Below, in pieces: positions 25,570 to 37,600 of a stretch of 64,000 nt of DNA. The DNA is taken from NCBI GenBank assembly GCA_002633005.1, contig NMRA01000332.1, forward strand, positions 1 to 64,000. The letters are read 5' to 3'. Within the stretch, counting starts at the first letter, position 1, and the number at the start of each line of letters is the position of its first letter. Source of the stretch: Phoronis australis (taxonomy: Eukaryota > Animalia > Phoronida). Made by a program: the position numbers and the translations under genes. The notes under the pieces are model-generated. The model saw only the letters and a list, made by a program, of their open reading frames with translations, did no database searches and had not been told where the DNA came from.

Positions 25570-26133
25570 CCCCCCCCCCCCCCCGGCCCCAATCCCTGGG
25601 TGCGCGAATAGCTAGTCAGCAATTCGCGCACCCCGAACTTCCAAATGGTACGTGGGAGAATTGCCCCCCCCTTTTAAATCCACCACTGCACCAGAAGGTG
25701 CGGATTCAGAACCTTGATATCTCGCCCCATGCCCCAACCGTACCGTACAGCGCGCGCCGAGGCCTCAGTACTAATGACGCGGAGACCCGCGATCGAGTGT
25801 AGGGCCTATTGCTCAATTTTCACTCATCTCTTTTGAATAACACATAGCAGACCATTGAAAATTATAATTGTGGGAGTAGTCTAGGCCTATTAAAATTAAG
25901 TTAGACTGCATCGGTTCAAGTAATTTGAAGTCACTGTTTCGAACTCAGCACGGCGCAAAACGTCGGGAAACATTAGATGGCGCTGTAGTTTAGTTGCCTG
26001 GTCCTCCTTGAATGTGTAACGTCAAGGGTCTGACCAGAACCAGTATGACAAAGCCCGGATGATAAGCATGCAAGGAGATGCCAAAGACTAGTCGCGAACC
26101 CTTTTCAGAAATATTCTCATAAATGTTTCTAAG

Positions 26134-26415
26134 ATGAACACAAACAAGTTTGCCAACGATGGAAGCTTCATGGAAATTTTCAAGAGGAAAATGGAGGAAG
26201 AAAAAGCTAAGAAAGTCGGCGAATACCATTCAAAATTGGACTCATCGCCAGCGGAATCCGACAAATCGTTGCACTCTGACTCTAAGCCTAAGGAAATTTC
26301 GAGCAGTAGGCCTAATCATACTGCTACGGACGAATCTAAAAAAGATGAACTCATTCCTGATACAAGTGGAACACTCAAAGACTGCACTGGGACCAAGAAA
26401 AAAAGTTTACCTTTT
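26134..26415 (+). CDS. TRIR: TRIR (C19orf43, telomerase RNA component interacting RNase) homologue, exon 1
   Basis: MNTNKFANDGSFMEIFKRKMEEE ... KKKSLPF|gtaaga matches the conserved N-x-F-A-N-D-G-S-F motif of the family. Confidence 0.88.
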
Positions 26416-27694
26416 GTAAGAGCAATTGGTATCCGTTACGAATCAAATCATAAGACACTTCATGAGAAATGTTTTCAATGTAAACTTGTAGTAAAACTTG
26501 CACAAGATGTTTTCAAATGGATGAAGATGTTTTACCTGAGTAGTCCTAAAGCAGTATCCAGCTGTGTTAAGGGCGGAGTGCATGAACTCACTAGAATAAC
26601 TTTGTCCAACTATTAAAGTGTCCAGCTTGTGTGAGTTTTACTGTAAGTACATAGCAAATCAAAACTATATTTTGGAAGAAGCTCTTGATCTAATTGTTCA
26701 TGATATGATGACATTGAGCTATGCACATGATTTGGTATCATTTGATTCTTTGATCGTTATCATACCAAGAATACAAAAAAATGTCTCCTACCTCGTTCCC
26801 TTTGTATTAATTGTCATCAAATTGCTTGCACTATTTCCCGGTAGTGATACTGCCATGTTGAATGGAAGGAGTCATCTGGCAGCCAAAAACTGAACTAAGC
26901 TATCCACACCCATATTCTGTAGGCGTCGCTCTTCATAAGTTCAAACGTTGACCCTGAGCCCGAGCTATGGCCCCAAGGGGCTGAGTTCCTGGTACGCATC
27001 TGCTAACAAGAACACGCAAAAAGGGGTTGTTTTCGAGGGTCAAATTTGTGAAAAGGGTATCACTTCAAAGAATTTCATGGAAAATAGGTCAAATGATCAC
27101 AACTGTATAAATTTATGGAAAAGGGTGAAATGCTGCCATGCGTCCATGTTATCTCGGTAAAACTTAAGGGCAGTCTCGCAGGCAAACACCATTGACAATC
27201 GATGTTGCTGTTTCATTCATTAGCTACATATGTCACTGTATTTTTGAGTTACACGAACTTGGCAGTGTGAACTGGGAAATAGCACGAATAGAAATTTGGC
27301 GATGTAATATTGAGGAAATGTTGTAGAGGCACATTCTTACATATTTGGAATGAGAATGATAGGCAAAGTCGAACGATACCGAAATTATGTGTGTTGGTTA
27401 GTATGTCATATTGAAAACAATTACCAATTTCTTTGTATCATACTAAATAAGTTATGAGGAGTTGTCTGTTTTTCTACAGCACTGTCAACAACATGGTTCT
27501 ACTCTAGACAGCAGTAACCTTGTAAGTTCAGTATTCAGTCTCGCAAAAAACATTATTCTTATTGAGAGCATATGCAACTCCTTCTTTCCACTTCAGACCG
27601 AGCGTGTGTACAATAATATAGCATTCACGTTAGTCTGCATTCAGCCAACTTTGATATAGACGTGCAGAGCTCAGTGCTGTCAGTACTTTCACAG

Positions 27695-27766
27695 GTGGGG
27701 AAACGAAGAGGTGGGCCACCAGCACTTAAGACAGGGGCAGTCAAGAAAAGGAAAGAAGAACCCAAG
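27695..27766 (+). CDS. TRIR: TRIR homologue exon 2
   Basis: tttcacag|VGKRRGGPPALKTGAVKKRKEEPK|gtacct. Confidence 0.9.
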
Positions 27767-28509
27767 GTACCTGGGCTTTCAGAAATTTCTAAATTGGGAC
27801 TACTTTAGTTTTAGTTCCTCCTTAGTTTTCTATCACCACTGGAGATGGCGCTTTAATTGAAATCTCTATTCTTAGTGTGATTGCACTCGTAGTTACTCAG
27901 GGCTCGACGTAAGCGAGTAGATGCTCAAAAACAGTGTAAGAAAAAGCACAACTAGCAAATTGACCTCACTTGTATTATTCAAATGGTCGTCACAATTTAT
28001 CATTCAAGTATGCCGTTACTAGTATTTTCTAGTGGACATTTTCGCCTGTCGAGTGCTGTTAATCTGGTTAACACTGGTGTCTTGAATTAAAAGTTAATGG
28101 TGTATTGATGTCACTGTGCTTTCATTTTTAGTCTTGTGGGAGAGTTTGTTGAAAATTGTTTATAAAGTGTGTTGTAAAATGACCCATTCTGAATTAACAG
28201 GTAGCTTAGTTAGTTTCGATGCCACATACATTATCATGCTGCAAAATCATAGTTTCCATGGTGGTGATTAGTTTATGTCAAGTTTATTGTATTATGGCAG
28301 TTCTTGTGTTGATCAGTGTACTACAGATTTTTCATGCAATGTTTTTCCACCTTCACAGAAGAAGAGAGTGCAGTTTTAGACAATGCCACTGAATGACCGA
28401 TGTGTTTTGTCTCCTGAGGCTACTGCAGACGTGTTCAAATTTTTAAAAATTTGGGACTTCCATTTAAAGAACACACTTGCCACCATCAATTTCACTGTTC
28501 TACTTTCAG

Positions 28510-28617
28510 CATGAAGCAGTTGGTACTGATGCGTGGTCGAAGTACATGGCCGAGGTCAACAAGTACAAATCAACAGCATGTCAGGATGAGGACAGGACAA
28601 CACCACTGGTGAAATAG
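28510..28617 (+). CDS. TRIR: TRIR homologue exon 3 (last coding exon)
   Basis: HEAVGTDAWSKYMAEVNKYKSTACQDEDRTTPLVK* matches the family C-terminus DAW.KYMAEV.KYK...C...DKTRPLVK. Confidence 0.92.
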   Translation, partial: HEAVGTDAWSKYMAEVNKYKSTACQDEDRTTPLVK

Positions 28618-31553
28618 ACACATTCTACAGTAAAACTCGTTGTCGGATCCAACCAGACCACGAGGTTTTATCTGAAAGCTAAAACAAAGTTCTGTGATGG
28701 GCAGAATCTAGCACAGCTCATGAACGTAGCTCTTCACTCATGAACATGGATGACAGACCCGTAAACTCAATTCATTGACTTACAACTGTGATCCCACATT
28801 TGCAAAACATAAAGTACAACCTGTCGACGCAGCTGGCACACAATTTGCTGAGTCGTGCTTCTGATTCTTAGTCATGGAAATCAGTAAGGTGTTTTATGGG
28901 AGCGTACATGTAATTAGTGTTTATTAGTCAAGAGTGTTGAGTTTACAGGTCAGTGAGCCACGTCCATGAATGTGTGTTGTTCGGGTAGCCATTGTGGCAT
29001 TTTGTGAGGCATGAAGCCCGTGGATTTGTCCCTCTTTCATCATCATAATACTAACCTGTTACTGCGGTCACCTGAAGTAAGACCTCGTGCAGCTTTTCCA
29101 GGTGCACAGCTGTGTACCTCGTGCGAGATGCAACAAGATGACGATTTGTCCCATTTTTCTTTAAGTTTGTAAACCCACAAGAGATCTGTTGGCTGTTAAG
29201 TGAATGTAAATTTAAGAATTTTCGAATTGTGACATAGTGACTCGCCACTCACTTTAGTTCCCTAAATGTTAAGCATCCAACATGCAATGAGAGATCATGT
29301 CATAAACTGCATAAAAATTTAGATCTGCTCTTGAGCCGAGTTTTTCACAAAATACATTACATTAAACAACAATCAACTTTAGGCACTTACACATAAGCCA
29401 GAGACAACCAAACTTTTTTTAGAAGCTCGACCATTCGCATCTTTATTTGAAGGATGCCATGCTGTTGGGTAGTTTTTCAAGTAGAGTTATGAGCAAGGCA
29501 AATATTGTGCCCTTGTTTTCAGATTGCTTTACAGAACTTATCCGGGTCAGTTTCTGTACCAGGTCAAAGAACAGCAGAACACAGTTTAACCTCGTAACAG
29601 AGTACAAGGGATCTTTGAAATTCCAACATTATAACGGTAGTTGAGACCAGGGTAGACTTGTATGCTTGAGGTAAAGTGGGACTTGCAGGTTGTCGTTAAC
29701 TGTGTACCTTGCGCCAAAGTTAGGTTGTATATACACATTCACAATACGAGGTGGAACAACTGTTGAAGTGTTATTTTATTTAGTATCTCATGAAGAAGAT
29801 AGCCAATTTGTTATGACGTATCATAGGTTGTAAATATTTAGATTGTCGAGATCAGTTGACATAAGTAAACAAGAAATTAAAGATGTGTTTATTTGTATTT
29901 TTATATTAATCATAAAATACAATATTCAAATTTGTCTTTTTAACAACAATGAATCCTCCATGATTCCTTGCACCATACTGTCAAGTGCACAGTTAAAACC
30001 GGCACAAATGTTATCAACAGCCAATTATTAACAATTTGTCACTTGTGCAACCGTATCCTGGCCAACTTATACCAAGATCATATCGAACCATTATACTGGA
30101 ATTGCATGCACATAAACTATGTCAAAGTCATTGACAGTTAAACAGATACTTGTGTAGGGTTATGATAACATAGCTACACTTGCTGACCAACTCTAAATGA
30201 ACAATAAGAATGCTTTAGTTATGCCTCAGCTAAGTAATGCTGCATTTGCTTAGAGTGTTTGGCGACTTAAGTTACAAAATCGTTTTAAAATTAAGAAACA
30301 AACGAGACTAGAGAGAGCTCAGAAACCAACACCTTGAAAAGTTGTAACCATACATACATAGGCATGATGATATCACAGTGAATGAATGAATGAATGAATG
30401 CATGCAGCCTACAGCTGATGCCATTCATATGCAGCAGTGTCTGCAGGCAACAATTAAGTCTCCGGCCTTCCTAACGAGAACCAAAATGGCATCTTTCACA
30501 GAGCAAAGTTAGCTGGTAACCTGAACAGGCAATTTGTTACTACTATCTCTGTCAGGATAACGGACAACTTTACTTTCTGAGCATACCACCAGCAGTAATT
30601 CTCCGTAAACTGAATTTTTTTTACTATGTTGAAAGAGTTCTTTACAACACTCACTGATACGAAAGTTTCTCCCAAGATGGTGAGATGGCAGTTGGGATCA
30701 ATCCTTCACTGATTTATCCACAAACCAACATCTTGAGAACTGAAACTGACATTAGATTATTGACTGATGTACTTTCCAATGTGAACTAATTATGTGAAAT
30801 CATCTAAACAGCAACGGAAAACCAAGATGGCATCAAACCTATCTTGCTTCGCCTGAAGCAAGATAACTCCCCACTTGTGCTACATGTACACAACTTGTAT
30901 TGCTTACTTCGGACAAGTTGTCTAAATCTCTGTAATGACTAGTGCTCAATCCTAAAGCAGATGACACACCTCTTTATTGAATCCTCAAAACCCAGAAACT
31001 GCTGCACACATTAGTAAAAATTTACTGTACACTTCAATTATACACAAACTACTGAAATGAAAACCAACACAATTCAAGTACCCCGTTCACATGGTGATGG
31101 TTTGACCTTAAGGCTCGCCAAAAATACTGCACTTCCATATGGATTAACAGGAGCGTATCCATTCTTATGACCTCTTGACAAATAGTTAGATTTCCACCAA
31201 TTTATAATCACATAAAATGTGTGCGATCATAGTTCAGGAACAACACGAGACTACTAATTAACCAGCAAAACTGACTGTTTACACAAGAGGAGAACTTGCA
31301 TAAGAACACACACGTAAACACTGGAGGACCAGATGTTAATCCGCTATGAAATGAACAGTGTATGAACAATAACATTTATCATGCCAACGCTACTACCAGA
31401 TAAGACTGCTAACGCAAATGCATACTAGCTCCTAATGAAATGTTAAAAAGAAGACCTGTGATGCCAGATTTTTTTGGAGTAGATGATTTGTTTGAAGGAC
31501 TCCTACATTAGCCAACCACAATAACTTAACAAACAAGTTAACTTAGAAGAAAT

Positions 31554-31652
31554 TTAACTCGTTTCAGAAAGAACTGCCTTGATATCGTCGAAAACATTTG
31601 AGAGAAGGGTTGCATCAGTACTCTTTCCATCCAAGCTCAAACCTTTGTTCGC
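31554..31652 (-). CDS. AP3D1: AP3D1 window exon 29 (last coding exon)
   Basis: ANKGLSLDGKSTDATLLSNVFDDIKAVLSETS*. Confidence 0.93.
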   Translation of the reverse strand, partial: ANKGLSLDGKSTDATLLSNVFDDIKAVLSETS

Positions 31653-34600
31653 CTGTAAAATAAAACGATTAAGTGTACCTAATTAAAATAACGTAGAAAA
31701 TAAATCTGAAACTAAATAAGGCAATCCAGACCCTCCCAAGGATACTATTGTTTCACGAAATGTAGAACATAAATCGGTAAATAAAACAACAAGAATGGAT
31801 CAACTGAAATTTGAAATTTTCGGATGTAATAACTTCCTTTGTCAACAGAAACAGAAACAGAAATAGTAATGGGAACAGCTGCAGACATTTTCTACGATAA
31901 TGTATGTCTAAGGATTTGAGATATGTGCCTACCAAGGATTCTTAAAAGAGTCCTCCATTAACAAAGAACCCTTATGGGAGGATCTTCCAAAATCAAAAAG
32001 TTTGAAAAGGTCTCCCATGGTGTTTGGACTTCTATTTCAGTACCTAAATTGCCAACGGAGTAAATCCTAGTTGGCATTTTGAGTAATCCTGAGCGCAATA
32101 TCAAAAATACCATCAAGAATATTTGTTTCTCACTGGTTTGTTGTGTGATGTCTACAACAAAGCCTAGGATATGAAAGTTAAAACAGAAGCTTTAATAGTC
32201 TCACCAGCTGTTTAACTAGAACGCAGACATGGTGCCCCTGTATCGTCTTGGCATACAACGAAGCGTTTTCTTCTACCTGCTCAACAACTGGAAACAAAAA
32301 GTTTAATCAGGTTACACGTCTTGAATGGACTATGAACACTAAATTTTCATATACAAGGGACCTCACTTAACTCGGCACCTTGAGGACTACAAAAACACCA
32401 CATCTCCGAGTATCATCATCCCTTTTATGATTCAAGACCGATATACATATGTTGCCATAGCGATGATGGCCGGATACATCAATTTGCACATCATCGATTT
32501 CTGACGAACAGAATTGAGTAGTCTGATAAAGTTCAGATACACGTTTTCGTCATGATTAAATTCATATTTCAAATCTAATTTCATTGTAAATGAGTTTTCC
32601 TGTGACTATCAGTAAAGTTTGAATAAAAACAACTACCAAAAACTTCGCAAGGGCTGTTCCAGTAAAAAAATGTATGATAGGGGGAAGGCACTTTCATTTC
32701 TTACCCACTGCCCATATTTTTCTTTAATTTCTCCCACCATAACCCATAACTTTTAATTAGGTTGAAATATAAAGTGGTTTTTGAGATATTAATCAACCTG
32801 TCTTGTCAAAAACTAAAATGGCCAACAGGGGTTCTACAGCAGCCAAATCCGTCCGAAAATCAACTGCTGCTGGTGCATACATGTACCAGCCATCTATCGC
32901 TACGCCAAATGTCATCATGATCTGTTGAGCAGTTTCAAGATAATCGACAGACAATCAATGATTCGAGCAGTCGAAAACTAAGAGGGGGTGTCACAGTAGT
33001 TGAATTCGTCCAAAAATTGACTGGTGCAGACACATTCTTGCCATATACCTATTTCGAATTTCTTCGTGATCCGCCAAGCAATTTTTGAGATAATCAGTGC
33101 ACAAGGAATGGCTTCTCAAAACAAAGCGGCCAACATGGGGTATCAAGGTAACCAAATCTGCCTGAAAATTGACTGGTGCTGTCACATCCCAGCCAAGTAC
33201 CTCTATACTAAATTTCATCATGATCCACCAAGCAGTTCTTGAGTTAATTGATGGACCGGCCACAAAGTTTTTCTGGGTGCAGAGAAATTCCATGTTAGAT
33301 CACAACTCATGTCAGTTGCCACAAACTTGGTTTTCAAAGACACCTGTGAGTAATATTTTAGGCAGCCAGCAGGTGTTTATGTCGAGCATGTGTCTCTGTA
33401 ATTTCAACAAGATTTTCTCAATTTCATGGATCTATGAATCTCGAACTGTTTCCACGAACACTTTAGGTTGCTATGCCAAGTGAACATTGAACTTGGCTAT
33501 CCGACTCCTCATACTTTTAACTTAAAAAATCATCAATTTTCTTAGATATGTTAACACCAATTTAGTGTTGCAGTAATTTTCATTCTAATATGACTGCAGT
33601 CCGTCTCAACCACATGGGCTTGTAATCAAGTTGCCCATGACTTGATCAATGGCATAGCATACATACTGCAACAAGGGCTTTCTTGTTTTGTTTTGTTTTG
33701 TTTTATTTGTTTCGGGAGATTTTTGGGTATCTTCCTATTGAATTTTTGGTGAGTTTTGATTTCTTTAGAGATGTGGTGGACTGAGAATACCCACTTTTCT
33801 ACACTAACAGAAAAAACACAACCCAGTTTTAATGATTAACTTCTTTCAAGGAGGACCACCCATAATTTTCTTTGGAAGACCAGTATCCATAACTTTTTAT
33901 TTCAACTGCAGTCCCCCTCCCACAAGGATTTTGCTGAAACAGCCCTATTCACTTGTGTATATTTTTCAAGTTTTCTTGACTACTCAAACGCATCGCACAT
34001 AGGTGATGTGCTCAAGCTCCACAATTTGGCGCAAGCTGATTGAATCTTTACAATTCTATCCTGACTTTGACTGGCGGCTCTTCGCAACATTGTTTGTTAC
34101 AAAGCACACTAGTTTGCATGAAACCAACCTGTAAATACCCATGACCATTGGTGATGACTTGCGTGGAAAATTTTACACGTAAATGTCAGGACAGATTCTA
34201 CTTTCGGGGACTTAACAGCGAATGCTTACATGTATATGAACATGCCTGAAATCGGGACCAACAAGAAATGACGACTTATGTAGACTGATGAGTTATGAGA
34301 TAACGAGTTAAGCTAGGTGGCTTGTATAACCCTATTGTCATCAGTTTGCAACCTCTACTAACCACGTATCACAATTGTGACTTTGTCCTAAATGAAAACA
34401 TGGAATATCATAAGAACGAACTATGAGCCATAGAGCATATCCACTAAAGCATCTGCTCGAACAATTAAATTGTACCACCAAACCACAATTATATCATAAG
34501 TATGAAAAAATCACGCCAATATGTTGCATAAGCAAGTGGTTTTCTTTAAAGAGGCATGGAATGCGAAAGCTCATCAAAAATGGTTTAAACAATTCATGAC

Positions 34601-37600
34601 GAATGTGCCATCTCGCAATGTTTAGTACAGCGTAATTCACTTTACCCAGTGAGACAATTTCCAAAAAGATCACAAAATTTACAATTTTCGAAATACTCCA
34701 GATGGAAAATCTCTATGGTTACCACAGAGTTTCTAATCTCCCTCCTACATGATAAATATGTACATGCGCTCACAATCAGTTTCTTGTATTCGTTTGAGGT
34801 CAAATGTTACATTTTCCATATAAGGGAAATGTGCTATGGCTATGTCTTGCCCTACCAAATAAATAGATATGTTTTTCCTTGTGGGACAAAAATCGACGAA
34901 GTGGCGAGCACTAGACAGCTTGTTTTTTAAAATTTGAAAGTAAACAAACGTTAACAATTCTTACGAACAAACTCTAAAAATACCAGGTGAGCAAGTTGAA
35001 TTATGTTTCATAAGCAGAGAACTACTTTCAATATTGCAATATAGTCTGTTTATTGTTTAAGTCGTTCCTTAATTTTGATCAAAATTGTACGGTATAATGA
35101 GGCTCTTAAGATATTCCTGTAGTCTAAACACCTAGCCGACATATCAATATTTCTTGGATGAATGTGAAAGAGGAAGCAAGTGTAAACCAACAGCAGCGAC
35201 ACTTCCACGTCATCCGAGCTAACAGCCAATCAGATTTGTAGAGAAAGGAATTGTCATCTACAACATGGGAAAAGCTGAACGCAAGATGCCATTCACATTG
35301 GGTACATGTTTACTTACTACTGAAATGATTGTGGAAGCAAATCTTTGCTAATATATGTGAAAATTCGCTGTCGGCAGTGTTGAATTTCGATGAGTACTTT
35401 TCTGCTAGTTTGCCGCTTGCTAATAATTCGGTGAACTGGGAGCTGAAACACAACACACAAGTTAGACTACCTGCACCACATAATAACTTAGAAATCAGAG
35501 AGCTGAAGAAAAGTAAAAATTTGGCTAACTCTGAAACATAATACCTTAGGAAAGGCCGGTCAGATTTACATGAACCTATCAAATACCCTAATTTTATAAT
35601 ATCCAATTTATATAACCTTATTTCCAAAACATCGTTGCCAATTTATTTGTAAGAGTGTTCGCATAAGGCACCACTAAAATAATAATTTTTGTACTCCTTA
35701 TGGTAAAAAATTCGAATTACATGACTGAAAAATGAAAAAATATTTCAGAAAACCATAACAGCATTTTCAAGACTTTAAGTTTCATTAGATTCTGATCAGC
35801 CATATCTGAGATGTGGTTTTCCAAAGTTAGTCAAATTTAGACGATTTTCTTGGGTCCTTGATTTACTCGCCTGTCTTAATAGTTAGTATGAATTATTCGC
35901 CTGTCTTAATAGTCAGTAAAAATACACTAACGCCAAAAATAACAGGGTAAAATTTCCTTCAATTTCCAAGTTGCGCTTTGTTCTCTAAAAAGAATGTGAG
36001 GAATTGTTAGTTAAATGGTCTGCTTTTACAAGAGGGACAATTGAAGAATTTTCATGACAACAAACATAACTTGTATGAAATGATATGATAATTTATCATC
36101 CCGAACATTTGTAACAAATGAGCTTTGGTTAGTATACATTATTGATACTGTTGGTTAGTATACATTATTGATACCGTTGGTTTGCTAAATCATCAATAAA
36201 AAGACGATTGAATCAATAGCTGATTGGTATAATGGCAAGGATAAACTTCTACATGCTTTATACTATTTAAAGAAAACTTAAAGTTTTGTAGATAATTGAC
36301 TGAATTCATAGACTTGTTGACAAACTCCTACATGAGCTTAAGTCAAAAATCAAATCGTACAGGCTTCCTGCTTTGAGATAAAAAATACAAGCACTTTCAG
36401 TCGAGAGGAACCATGGAAATAAGTGCGAACATTTTATTTGATAGAAAAAAAAATCAGCTTGATGTTGTCTACAACAGACATTCAAAACGCAGACAACACA
36501 CTCACCTGTTACATGGAATTGGTAATAAATACGAAGAGACTGGAAAGCTCAGACGGAAATCTATCTTATCGTGGGTGCTTCCCTCTTCAGTCTGAAACAA
36601 GAAACATCAACAAAACAGTCAGTTACAGCTAACAAAGAAACGCTAATGAACTTAAAAAAAATTGTACAATTGCTTTTTGAACATGCAAAAATCGAACCTT
36701 CACTTAACACATTCAGAGATCTGTGGAATGTTTGTTCTACTTCATGCCCTTTTCCCTTCTGATAAGGTGGATGAGGGTAGTCCAAATGAACAGTCCCACT
36801 ACATCCAAATAATGCAAGTTTTTGAGTATTGATTTCTGGGCTTTGGAAAAACAGACAAACCACTGCTGCTGAAGACTGTTCAAGAGTCTGCGATCTGTTC
36901 AATTCAATATACCAAAGTAATACGACCAATAGTCCAATGGGGGAACAGACTAATTCTATGATTGAATAATAGGTGGAGATGCTATAGCATTCACATGCTT
37001 CAATGAGGTTCACATGTTGTGCAGTTAAAGCATACGATGGCTTACAATCTTTTTCTGCTCGTTTAAAGTTGTACATCTTAAACACCAACTTTTATACAGC
37101 AGATATTGCAGACCAAATTGGGACAATTGGACACATTTATGCCACAACAAGTACCTTAACAATGTAGGTGAGAGTACCCTTTAACTTCTGAGTCATGCTA
37201 ATACTTTGCACTTGAAATGCAAACTGTCCCTCGTTCTGGGCACCTGGTAGCAGGATGAATGGCACTTTGACCGGATCGTGTTGGGAAGCTCCAACCTAGA
37301 AACCATAATGGTGACACATGAATGACAAGCAAACTATTCACTGACACGCTCAACCTTGAGCATGACCTACAAGTCAATTATGTAACAGACAGATAATTAG
37401 ATGATGTTGGATATTGAGCAAAGCTGCAATATACTACATTACTTATAAATAGCACTTGATCCTTGCCTCCTTGATTCAAACTGACAAAAAGACACAAACA
37501 ACAAGTGAGGCATAGTTGGCAGATTAACATTCTAAAATGAAGCAGAAATCTGATAACTCACACATGTGTAATATTTATTTCACAGGCCACCGGCCTTTTG

